Source of the DNA: Nitrosopumilaceae archaeon
GTDB lineage: Archaea > Thermoproteota > Nitrososphaeria > Nitrososphaerales > Nitrosopumilaceae
Reading direction: 5' to 3'
Length of the DNA stretch: 64,000 bases
Assembly (NCBI GenBank): GCA_049414205.1
Contig: JBMSGE010000002.1
Location: forward strand, 7,207-71,206
The position numbers were made by a program, and so were the translations under genes. Under the pieces are notes generated by a model. The model saw only the letters and a program-made list of their open reading frames with translations. It searched no databases and was not told the DNA's origin. Shown here piece by piece: positions 17,876 to 26,046 of this stretch. Every line of letters starts with the position of its first letter. Positions within the stretch are counted from its first letter, which is position 1.

Positions 17876-17908
17876 CACTAGTTACCATTTTTATCACTAG
17901 TTAAATAT
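17872..17908 (+). promoter_or_regulatory. promoter of 17930..18313
   Basis: TTAGCACTAG-TTACCATTT-TTATCACTAG-TTAAATAT, then 21 nt to the ATG at 17930. The distal box overlaps the TFB2 stop codon. Confidence 0.6.
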
Positions 17909-17929
17909 TATTACAGCGTAAATGCAATC

Positions 17930-18313
17930 ATGACAGCACTAGTACAAAAAATAGAAACACAACCTCCAAAGTTAGAACCATATTTTTATCAATTCTTTCA
18001 GGACGTTGTAAATACAATGCCAGTAGTTGATCCTGAGCTTCTCATACGTGTGATGATGTTTCAGGTTAATCTAAAAAAATACCCTGGCCCAGATATTCCT
18101 CACGTGAATCTCTATGTCAAATACAAAGAAGGCGTCAACCTACATCAAAAACAAGAAGAAGGTAGAGACACCTATCCATTTGAAGTAACTACAAGCAGAT
18201 GGGGAGACGGAGTAATTTTCTCAGGACTGATGAATATTGGAACTGTCGAATCTGTATGTTCAGATCCTGATATTGTCGAAGTTACAGGAGAAGCAAAACC
18301 TACACATAATTAA
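17930..18313 (+). CDS. hypothetical protein
   Basis: 127-aa ORF with a module-type promoter. Confidence 0.55.
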   Translation: MTALVQKIETQPPKLEPYFYQFFQDVVNTMPVVDPELLIRVMMFQVNLKKYPGPDIPHVNLYVKYKEGVNLHQKQEEGRDTYPFEVTTSRWGDGVIFSGLMNIGTVESVCSDPDIVEVTGEAKPTHN

Positions 18314-18331
18314 AAGTAGAAGTTTTTCCAC

Positions 18332-18351
18332 TAGGGGTATTTTTACCCCTA
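18332..18351 (+). terminator. 8-bp hairpin after 17930..18313
   Basis: TAGGGGTA-TTTT-TACCCCTA. A T-rich tract follows further downstream. Confidence 0.3.
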
Positions 18352-18440
18352 TACCACATTTTCTAATTTTCACATCTTTTTCATTTTAGGTGATTTTTTT
18401 AAAAAAGTCATAAGTTTTTAATTATTAATTTTTTTAATTT

Positions 18441-19217
18441 TCAAGCCCAGGAGATAATTTTTTGGTTATGGTTTGAAAAACCCAAAAACATCCCTAATGT
18501 GATTCTGGAGGATGGCCCTTGAATTTTTGTTACTTCATGATACTTTAAAGGATTGATTAGCACCAAATCCCCCTCCTCAATATTTGTGATTTTGCAAGAT
18601 TCTTCTGAAGAAGTCAATTCTGAAGAATATCCAAAGTCTATTTTACGGAATTTTTCATCAGATCTCATCCAATTTCTTCGATAGACTATCAAATCACCAC
18701 CTGCTTCGGATTTTTGTAGGTGTAGAACGCAAGAGAGCTGGCCATCAAGGTTTGCAATAGAGTATTCTTTTCCTTCATAGTTCACATGATCTTTGTGAAG
18801 GGGAATCGATTTCCCCATTTCATGAATACGAATGATGAATGGAGAGAATTCATCACCTGATTCATGGGCTAATGTGATTTCAGATTCAGGGAAAACGACC
18901 TTGAGCATTTTAAAAATCTTATTTGTCGGAATTTGAGATGAACCAAAAATAAAATCAAACTTTGAGTTGGCAATTTTTACCTGTTCAAAATATTCTCTTT
19001 TTTTTGTTGTATACGACATTAGAAATGGGCCGATATGAGTTAACTTTTCATTTTGGAAATTATTTTCAGGCATACTAAGAATTCTATCAGAGATAAATTT
19101 ACAATACTCTTTTTCATAAAATTGCTTTAAAATTATTGCAGGCACCTTGCCGAAGATTAAAGAGTCATAATCAATCTTGTTCCAATCAGGTTTGTTTACA
19201 ATTAGAGGTTCCCACAC
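18441..19217 (-). CDS. 2OG-Fe(II) oxygenase superfamily protein
   Basis: HxD...H facial triad candidates (PLHKDH ... KYHEV) plus RITLGMF (Rx[ST]-like). GTG start overlaps the upstream stop by 1 nt. Confidence 0.65.
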   Translation of the reverse strand: MWEPLIVNKPDWNKIDYDSLIFGKVPAIILKQFYEKEYCKFISDRILSMPENNFQNEKLTHIGPFLMSYTTKKREYFEQVKIANSKFDFIFGSSQIPTNKIFKMLKVVFPESEITLAHESGDEFSPFIIRIHEMGKSIPLHKDHVNYEGKEYSIANLDGQLSCVLHLQKSEAGGDLIVYRRNWMRSDEKFRKIDFGYSSELTSSEESCKITNIEEGDLVLINPLKYHEVTKIQGPSSRITLGMFLGFSNHNQKIISWA

Positions 19218-19504
19218 TAATACCCACCAACACCAGAATGTGAAACTTTGGCCAGAAGAACTCCTCCGTCATCACGTACATCTATCTCACATTTTAGAAA
19301 GGCATCTTTTATGCAATCTGAAAGGGTTTCAGAGGTCCAATCTTTTTGTTCGTGCGGAAATCCAGGTAGGTCAGCAGACGTTATTCTAATTTTTTCAGAG
19401 TCTGAGTAAGTCATCTTGTTTCCATTTTTTCTATGGGTAACATTGAGAATAAATGAATCCTGTGAAAGAGTTTGTGAACCATGTCCCCAAATTATATCTG
19501 TCAT
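19217..19504 (-). CDS. hypothetical protein (shortened from the track model 19217..19561)
   Basis: The ATG at 19504 (MTDIIWGHG...) lies 20 nt after TTATATCT. The longer model would run through the promoter box. Confidence 0.5.
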   Translation of the reverse strand: MTDIIWGHGSQTLSQDSFILNVTHRKNGNKMTYSDSEKIRITSADLPGFPHEQKDWTSETLSDCIKDAFLKCEIDVRDDGGVLLAKVSHSGVGGY

Positions 19505-19524
19505 GAGGTACTTTTGATGTTTTA

Positions 19525-19564
19525 AGATATAACCATAATATAGAATAATTGAATTTAGCACTAG
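19525..19564 (-). promoter_or_regulatory. promoter of the 19504-18441 operon (box in inverted orientation)
   Basis: Minus-strand read: CTAGTGCTAA, then 22 nt, then TTATATCT, then 20 nt to the ATG at 19504. Confidence 0.45.
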
Positions 19565-19706
19565 AAGTATGTTTTTAGCAATTAAAAGTCTCAGTACCTA
19601 AAAATTTTACGATAGGATGATTTCTTACTGATTGCCATCTAGGTTCCTTTTTCCTTTCAACATGTTTATGATCCTATTTCTGAGAAAAGGTAGTTCATCA
19701 TTTATT

Positions 19707-20141
19707 TCAAATATCTTTCATACGGTTGGTATAGTCATAGTGGAAGATTTTTTTAGGCGTAATTTCGATTGCAACTTCTGATTTCGATTTAATTTTTAAG
19801 AATTTTGAAAGTGTGGAATCTTTTTTCCCCAAATATTTGTCAATAAGAAGTTGCAAAATTTCATTTCCTCTTTCTTCAACAATTCGTGCTTTACCCTCCC
19901 CTCGTGCTCCTTTGTAAGGGGGTTTGTCTCCTGCTATTTCAAAACCACATGAGGGGTTGTTTTGTAAATAAGATACTATTTTTGCACTTTTCTGTGTGGC
20001 ACAGAAAAGTTTACCGCCAATTTCAACATACCATAATGACAGAACAGATGGTACACCGCTAGGTTTTAGATACGCGAGTCTTATTGGAATTTTTTTATCA
20101 GAAATTAACTCATCGATTTTTGCATTTTCTAATTTTTGCAA
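19707..20141 (-). CDS. pyridoxamine 5'-phosphate oxidase-like FMN-binding split-barrel protein
   Basis: 144 aa. The pattern 'IRLAYLKPSGVPSVLSLWY...LFCATQKSAKIV' is typical of the PPOX/general-stress-26 family. Confidence 0.7.
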   Translation of the reverse strand: MQKLENAKIDELISDKKIPIRLAYLKPSGVPSVLSLWYVEIGGKLFCATQKSAKIVSYLQNNPSCGFEIAGDKPPYKGARGEGKARIVEERGNEILQLLIDKYLGKKDSTLSKFLKIKSKSEVAIEITPKKIFHYDYTNRMKDI

Positions 20142-20254
20142 ATTTCCTTACCTCCACAAACTCTGGCCACATATTTTGAGTAACAATAATCACATGACCA
20201 ATCATGAAAATGTTTACCGCAATTTTTGCATTTTTGAATAGTGATTAGACTCAT
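20129..20254 (-). CDS. zinc-finger microprotein (41 aa)
   Basis: Own translation: MSLITIQKCKNCGKHFHDWSCDYCYSKYVARVCGGKEICKN. The ATG lies 20 nt after a module-type TATA. Confidence 0.45.
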   Translation of the reverse strand: MSLITIQKCKNCGKHFHDWSCDYCYSKYVARVCGGKEICKN

Positions 20255-20274
20255 ATTGTATTTTTGTGGTTTTC

Positions 20275-20311
20275 ATATTTTAATAGTGTTGAAGTTCCCA
20301 ACTAGTGCTAA
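20275..20311 (-). promoter_or_regulatory. promoter of the 20254-19707 operon
   Basis: Minus-strand read: TTAGCACTAG-TTGGGAACT-TCAACACTAT-TAAAATAT, then 20 nt to the ATG at 20254. Confidence 0.6.
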
Positions 20312-20363
20312 CTAGATAAATTCTTGTTGTTGGTTAAAATAGTAAAAAGTCAAAAATTGTTGT

Positions 20364-21062
20364 ATGGGAAAAGCTGTAATTATGATAATTGTTCTTGTTT
20401 TCCTTGTTAGTAGTCCGGCATATGGGCACAAATTAATCTCTCATGATGATACACATCGTAGTTTTGAAACAGCTCTAGCGATTCCAGATCACAAAATTTC
20501 ATGGGCCATTTATGAAAATCTAGGTATGGGTGAGGCAAAATTTTATTCGTTTGATGCAAAACAAGGAGATTCATTTTATGCAAGCATAGTCATTCCAAAA
20601 ATATCAGGGCTGGAAGAGTATTCGCCAACTCTTATTTTGGTTAATCCTCAGACGATGGAAAATGATAAGGTATCTTTTGAAAATCAAGCTTCTGCAGAAA
20701 AATTTCTTTACGAAGGAACATTTCCAGGAAAAGAATTCTACGAGCCATTTGGGCAGGTAACATATTGGGAGAGACAAGAGGTTAAAACAACAATTCCCTC
20801 TGATGGTCAATACCATATCGTAATAGTAGATGAAAAAAATCAGGCTGGAAAATATAGTCTGGCGATAGGCACTATAGAGGATTTTTCAGGAGGAGATTTT
20901 TTTACAATATTGCCTAAGGCATGGTTTGACACAAAATTATTTGTAAATGATTACTGGTCTATTATTATTTTCTTTTTGGTGTTGATGACAATTATAGGAA
21001 TACCAATATTTGCAATTAAGAAAAGAAGGAAAAAAACTTCTGCAATTTTAGATAAATGTTAA
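20364..21062 (+). CDS. secreted protein with a C-terminal TM anchor
   Basis: Signal-like N-terminus, C-terminal helix IIIFFLVLMTIIGIPIFAI and a KKRRKK stop-transfer sequence. Confidence 0.6.
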   Translation: MGKAVIMIIVLVFLVSSPAYGHKLISHDDTHRSFETALAIPDHKISWAIYENLGMGEAKFYSFDAKQGDSFYASIVIPKISGLEEYSPTLILVNPQTMENDKVSFENQASAEKFLYEGTFPGKEFYEPFGQVTYWERQEVKTTIPSDGQYHIVIVDEKNQAGKYSLAIGTIEDFSGGDFFTILPKAWFDTKLFVNDYWSIIIFFLVLMTIIGIPIFAIKKRRKKTSAILDKC

Positions 21063-21092
21063 AAATTTAACATGCAATGAAGGTTGTAGAGA

Positions 21093-21263
21093 TTACCAGG
21101 GTTCAGGAATTTGAATGGTGTTGCATTGAGGGCATTTTTCATACTCTTTTGGAAAAACTACCCTGCAATTTGAGCAATCTATGGTGTTTTGAGCATCAAT
21201 TAACCCAAGTTCTTTTACTTCCTGAAGAAGGCTTTTAGATTTATCTTGTTCAATGTTATCCAT
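21093..21263 (-). CDS. zinc-ribbon microprotein (56 aa)
   Basis: Own translation: MDNIEQDKSKSLLQEVKELGLIDAQNTIDCSNCRVVFPKEYEKCPQCNTIQIPEPW. Confidence 0.4.
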   Translation of the reverse strand: MDNIEQDKSKSLLQEVKELGLIDAQNTIDCSNCRVVFPKEYEKCPQCNTIQIPEPW

Positions 21264-21544
21264 GAATTGCACCTATTTTACAAATAGATGCAATTTTGAT
21301 TTGTTCTTTATCAAACCCAGATTTTTCATTGTATGAATAATTTGTAGGTATTTCAAAGATTTGTTGAATTCTATCGCACCATATTCCAATAGTTATTCAA
21401 TTATGATATTAGTACATAAAGCAAGTGGATTGTATTATCAATTTTTTACTCCAAAATTTACATGCAGGCTTGGAAATATTACATGTAATTTAGAATCTTG
21501 ACAATTTAGAATTATTTATTATCTACTTTCGGCAATACAATACA

Positions 21545-21943
21545 TTGGAAAAGCATGAACAACTTCTCAACATGTTAATGGATTTCAATAAAGATGTGAG
21601 ATTTGCCGCTATTTGTAACTCCAAAGGAGAAATTTTATGGCACAGTCAAAGAACTGGAGTTAAAAACATTGTTCCATTTGCAGATACAAAAAAAACTCTT
21701 CTAAGGGCAGTTGGTGCTTGGCAAGAAAGAGTCAAAGTAACAAACATTGTAGGTAGAGGATTATACACAATTGCAGCATATGAAAAAATCAAGAGAATAA
21801 CAATACCTCTTGATGGAGGGAACTTACTTTTCATTAGTGTTGGAAACAGTCCGTTAAAATCAAGTAAAGGAAAAAGCTATGGTCATTTAGTTGAAATGGG
21901 GAAAATAATGTCCATAGTAGACTTTGTAAACCAAAACAACTAG
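21545..21943 (+). CDS. paralogue family A member 2
   Basis: About 50% identical to 15716..16120. The TTG start is supported by N-terminal alignment (MEKHEQLLNMLMDF against MSRYEKMLNMIMDF). Confidence 0.65.
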   Translation: MEKHEQLLNMLMDFNKDVRFAAICNSKGEILWHSQRTGVKNIVPFADTKKTLLRAVGAWQERVKVTNIVGRGLYTIAAYEKIKRITIPLDGGNLLFISVGNSPLKSSKGKSYGHLVEMGKIMSIVDFVNQNN

Positions 21944-22016
21944 TCCAGATAAATCAGATTTTTTTAAAACTCCAATCATAGTCTTTTTATATATTTGAAA
22001 AATTAATAGAGCAATC

Positions 22017-22439
22017 ATGGCAAAATTCAAAAAAATACTTGTTCCAATTGATGGATCAAGCAATGCAACAAGAGGCCTAGATAGGGCAATCGAGATTGCA
22101 AGGGAAAGTAATGCCGAAATAACTGGATTTTATGTATTTCATTTGCCGCTTCTTGCCGGTGTAAAATACACCCAAAAAATGAAAAATGAAGCCCAAGAAA
22201 AAGCTGTCAAGGCAATTGGGCCTGCAATGAAGCGAGCTCAAAAAGCAGGAGCTTCATTCAAGTACAAGACTGGAGGCGGTCATACTGGCTCAGAAATTGT
22301 CAAGTTTGCTCAAAAGGGAAAATATGACATGATAGTGATTGGGGCAAGAGGAATGGGCGGTGCAAAAGAGACCTTCCTTGGAAGTACCTCAAACTATGTA
22401 ATGCATAAAACAAAGATTCCTGTTTTAGTGGTAAAATAG
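22017..22439 (+). CDS. universal stress protein (UspA family)
   Basis: KKILVPIDGS...MIVIGARGMGG...LGSTSNYVMHKTKIPVLVV. Confidence 0.9.
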   Translation: MAKFKKILVPIDGSSNATRGLDRAIEIARESNAEITGFYVFHLPLLAGVKYTQKMKNEAQEKAVKAIGPAMKRAQKAGASFKYKTGGGHTGSEIVKFAQKGKYDMIVIGARGMGGAKETFLGSTSNYVMHKTKIPVLVVK

Positions 22440-22444
22440 ACATT

Positions 22445-22458
22445 GTGGGATATCCCAC
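22445..22458. terminator. 14-nt perfect palindrome followed by a T-run after uspA
   Basis: GTGGGATATCCCAC followed by CATTTTTCT. It could instead be a protein-binding site. Confidence 0.3.
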
Positions 22459-22581
22459 CATTTTTCTAGGAATTTATTATCACTAGTTTTCAAATAAAAA
22501 ATTCTTTTTATTCGACATACTTCATATTTTGTATATCAATAACATAGAAGTATAGATTATGATTAGATTAAATAAAAATCT

Positions 22582-23721
22582 GTGATATACATGGTAGAAA
22601 GTAATTACGATATACTTGGGATTGTGGAAGGATCCACCGAAAAAGAAATTCGTGATGGCTTTAGGAGATTAGCCCTTCAATTTCACTCAGACAAAGGAGG
22701 AGATAATGAACAATTTATTAAAATCAAACAGGCTTACGAGGATCTAAAAATCGGGAAAAAATACCCTGATACTGATGTAGAAAAATTACGAAATTCAAGA
22801 GTATTTACTGGCGATTCTGAAGAAGACATAAGAAGAAAAAACCGTATTTTAGGCCAAGAATTATCAAAGGAAATGAAAACAGCTCAAGAATGGGCTGCAG
22901 CATTAAACAGATCTAATTCTACTGCTACTAGATTATTTGGATCTAAAACTCTTGGAGAAATTGAACTAGAAAGAAAAGCCAATGGTGCTCTCTCAATTAA
23001 GGGAAATTTCATGGCTGGAGACTTGACTTATGATGGACCAGTCATAATGCAAGGAAACATCACCAGTCCTTCATGGACTGAAGAATTTAGAACAAACATC
23101 CATCTCACAAAAGGAGATTTCAAATTTGTAGATCCTATTGAAAACAAATACAGAATTGAAAATGGAGCTAGAATTCAAATCGATAATGGAAATGCTGTTG
23201 TAGGAAATGTTTTTGGTAGAAAATACAAGGTTCAAGATCCTAGTGGTAGAGTTGGAGTATATCAAACTCTAGAGCACAGAACACAAATTTATGCTCCTAG
23301 GGGCAAAATCATTGCAGAAAATGCAGTCAATACCGTATACCTCGAAGCAGATACAATCATAGCACTGAACCTTGAAGATGATGTACATCTAAAAGGCAGA
23401 GAGATTTTACTATATGGCAGTAAAGTAACATATGATGTTATAATAGAATTGAAAAAAGATGGAATCCTTAGATTTTTTGAAAGTTTTTCTGTACAAGGAA
23501 TTAGTAATGATACAAAAATCAGATTAGAAGATGGTAAAGAAATTAGATTGTTTGATATCAAAACTAAAAAAATAAAAGATTTGGCAGATGAATTTGTCCC
23601 AAACAAAAGCAATTACAACAAAGACGATACAATGGTAGGAAAAGGATTTACCATTACATACCAGATGCTGGAAAATTTAGACAAAAAACCTTCGAAATCT
23701 AGATGGAAGATAGGTTTCTAG
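22582..23721 (+). CDS. J-domain protein with an HSD variant tripeptide and a repetitive C-terminal region
   Basis: YDILGIVEGSTEKEIRDGFRRLALQFHSDKGGD...IKQAYEDL is a J domain. An ATG at 22591 is an alternative start. Confidence 0.75.
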   Translation: MIYMVESNYDILGIVEGSTEKEIRDGFRRLALQFHSDKGGDNEQFIKIKQAYEDLKIGKKYPDTDVEKLRNSRVFTGDSEEDIRRKNRILGQELSKEMKTAQEWAAALNRSNSTATRLFGSKTLGEIELERKANGALSIKGNFMAGDLTYDGPVIMQGNITSPSWTEEFRTNIHLTKGDFKFVDPIENKYRIENGARIQIDNGNAVVGNVFGRKYKVQDPSGRVGVYQTLEHRTQIYAPRGKIIAENAVNTVYLEADTIIALNLEDDVHLKGREILLYGSKVTYDVIIELKKDGILRFFESFSVQGISNDTKIRLEDGKEIRLFDIKTKKIKDLADEFVPNKSNYNKDDTMVGKGFTITYQMLENLDKKPSKSRWKIGF

Positions 23722-23827
23722 CCTTAAAATTCTCTACCGTGCCTAAATAATTGTATAAATTTGCATTAAGTCAGTTATTCCTCAAATCAAAGACTTGATA
23801 TTCATATAAAATACTACAAGAAGTGAA

Positions 23828-25591
23828 TTGGCAATATCTTTTGCTATTGATAAAAAATTAATTATTTTGGTAATGCTTGTTTCAATCATTGCATTATCAA
23901 TTACTGCCTTTTTGAGTTTTAATTATGCTGAACAGATTTTAAAAGAAAGAACAGGAGAACAATTGTTTGGAGAATCATCCATACGAGGAGATACAATCAG
24001 ACTGTTATTAGAATCACGTATTGAGCAGAACCAAATTATCTCTACCGATCCAATGATCCAAATTCTCGTAAATGAATTAAATCAAACACCAGATGATGAA
24101 GTTAAGAAAAAAATTGAAGAAAAACGAAGAGACTTTTTAACACAAATCCAAGCATTTCAAACTTTAATTGGATTTTCTATAGGTTTTGAGGATGTACAAA
24201 TAATTGGAAAAAATGGAGACGTCTTATTTTCTCTGGGAAGAATTGAAAAAAATAATTTTATCAATGATCCCTTATTTGAAAAAGGGATAAAATCTTCATT
24301 GGTAGAATTTGAACCTTTTCAAAATAATAAAAAAATGATTGTCGTATCTCCTATTTTTGCAAAAGATAGTAAACTTGGAGATGAAGCAATCGGAGTAGTA
24401 ATATCGAGAATGAGAACCGCTGCTATTGATAGTATCTTACTAAATAGGAGTGGACTAGGAGAATCTGGAGAAATCTACATTGTAAATAGAGACTTCTTAA
24501 TGCTCTCTGAATCTAGATTTATTGAAAATACCATCTTCCAACAAAAAGTAGATACTCTTGGCGTTCAAAAGTGCTTTAATGAAGAACTCAACCACGAGGG
24601 ACTTTATCCAGACTATAGGGGAATTCCAATTTACGGATCAACTTACTGTGCAAATGATTTAGGATTTGTATTATTAGCAGAAATCGATGAAGCTGAAACA
24701 ATCCAACCAATTCTTATTCTACAAGAACGAATATTCGAAACCGGTCTCTTAATCACCACTGGTATGGCAATCATTGCTTTTATCATCTCCAGAAACTTCT
24801 CAAAGCCATTAATTAAACTAAAAAATGCAGCAAACACAATCGCAGATGGTAATTTTGAAGTCAGAACAAAAATCACAACTAGAGATGAAATAGGCGAACT
24901 ATCGCATGCATTTGATTCAATGGCTCAAAAACTCCAAGACTCTTTAATTGAAATCAAAGAAAAAGAAGACGTAATTAAACAACAAGAAGACATCCTCCTA
25001 CAATTTTCAGATTACAGCGAAAAATACTGTGTTTGTATGGTAGATATGATAAATTCAACAAAAATTACTTCTCAACTATCTGATGCGCAGGCTAGTGAAT
25101 TTTATAAGATTTTCTTAAACTCCGTTGCCCTTACTGTTCGAAATTTTGGGGGTATAATTGTAAAAAATATTGGAGATGCTTTATTATTTTATTTTCCAGT
25201 TCTTCACGCAGAAAAAGAACTTACAATAAAAAAATGTCTTAATTGTTGTTTAACTTTAGGAGAATCCCACAAGGATATCGTTAAACAATTAAACAAAGAG
25301 GGTTTACCTTCTGTTAATTTTAGAACTAGTGCTACTTTTGGAATAGTAAGAATAGCAAGAACTTCAACATCATCAGTTAATGATATCTTTGGAACTACTG
25401 TTAATAGATGCGCAAAAATAAACAGAACTGCACCTGCAAATGGGTTGATAATAGGAGAAGAATTTTACGAAAATGCGAAAAATCTAGAAAATTATAACTT
25501 TAAGAAAATCTCAAGCGAAATCGTATCCCCCGAACATGGTTTCATAGGTTATGTTGTTACAAGAAATCTAAAAAAGAAAGATAATTCATAG
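23828..25591 (+). CDS. membrane sensor: extracytoplasmic (Cache-like) domain, HAMP, then class III nucleotidyl cyclase domain
   Basis: Two TM helices flank a loop of about 280 aa. HAMP is 'PLIKLKNAANTIADGNFEVRTKITTRDEIGELSHAFDSMAQKL'. Cyclase motifs are 'CMVDMINSTKIT', 'KNIGDALLFYF', 'RTSATFG' and 'GTTVNRCAKI'. TTG start. Confidence 0.75.
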   Translation: MAISFAIDKKLIILVMLVSIIALSITAFLSFNYAEQILKERTGEQLFGESSIRGDTIRLLLESRIEQNQIISTDPMIQILVNELNQTPDDEVKKKIEEKRRDFLTQIQAFQTLIGFSIGFEDVQIIGKNGDVLFSLGRIEKNNFINDPLFEKGIKSSLVEFEPFQNNKKMIVVSPIFAKDSKLGDEAIGVVISRMRTAAIDSILLNRSGLGESGEIYIVNRDFLMLSESRFIENTIFQQKVDTLGVQKCFNEELNHEGLYPDYRGIPIYGSTYCANDLGFVLLAEIDEAETIQPILILQERIFETGLLITTGMAIIAFIISRNFSKPLIKLKNAANTIADGNFEVRTKITTRDEIGELSHAFDSMAQKLQDSLIEIKEKEDVIKQQEDILLQFSDYSEKYCVCMVDMINSTKITSQLSDAQASEFYKIFLNSVALTVRNFGGIIVKNIGDALLFYFPVLHAEKELTIKKCLNCCLTLGESHKDIVKQLNKEGLPSVNFRTSATFGIVRIARTSTSSVNDIFGTTVNRCAKINRTAPANGLIIGEEFYENAKNLENYNFKKISSEIVSPEHGFIGYVVTRNLKKKDNS

Positions 25592-25598
25592 TCAATAA

Positions 25599-25925
25599 CT
25601 AAATTTTTTCAGTTGATTTCTGTTTTGTAGAAATATCAAAGGATTCTTCTACATCTGTGACAAATATCTTACCGTCTCCTTTTTGACCCGTATGGGCAGT
25701 ATTCATTATCACTGAAACTACAGAATCTACCTCAGAATCGTTTACTACTGTAATAATCACATCTGTAGAATTAAATTCAATTTGTTTTCCACCAATTTCT
25801 GGTCTGTCTCCTGCACCCTGCCCTAATGATTCAATGAGAGTCACCCCACCTACACCGGTATCTCTAATTGCTTTTACTACTTTTCTTGAGATCTCACTTT
25901 GAACAACAGTTTCTATTCGTTTCAT
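25599..25925 (-). CDS. PII-like protein
   Basis: MKRIETVV...GQGAGD...DVIITVV...GQKGDGKIFVTDVEESFDI. Confidence 0.8.
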   Translation of the reverse strand: MKRIETVVQSEISRKVVKAIRDTGVGGVTLIESLGQGAGDRPEIGGKQIEFNSTDVIITVVNDSEVDSVVSVIMNTAHTGQKGDGKIFVTDVEESFDISTKQKSTEKI

Positions 25926-26046
25926 GCAATTTCCAAGGAAAATTGCGATTTAAAAATATCTTTGGATAATTTCTAGTTATCATTTCTGAAAATCAACAAA
26001 GAAAATCTGCTTATCCTTATATCAGATTAAAAGAGAAAATTACGGT

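Noticed and set aside
19505-19561. 5' extension of ORF 19217..19561 (MLNSIILYYGYILKHQKYL...).
   Set aside because: The extension runs through the TATA-like element and the CTAGTGCTAA box. The ATG at 19504 fits the 20-nt TATA-to-start rule.
22477-22486. Copy of TTATCACTAG downstream of uspA, considered as a further regulon promoter.
   Set aside because: It has no distal partner box. The J-domain gene start lies about 100 nt away and has its own closer TATA (about 22568-22578). The site is left unassigned.
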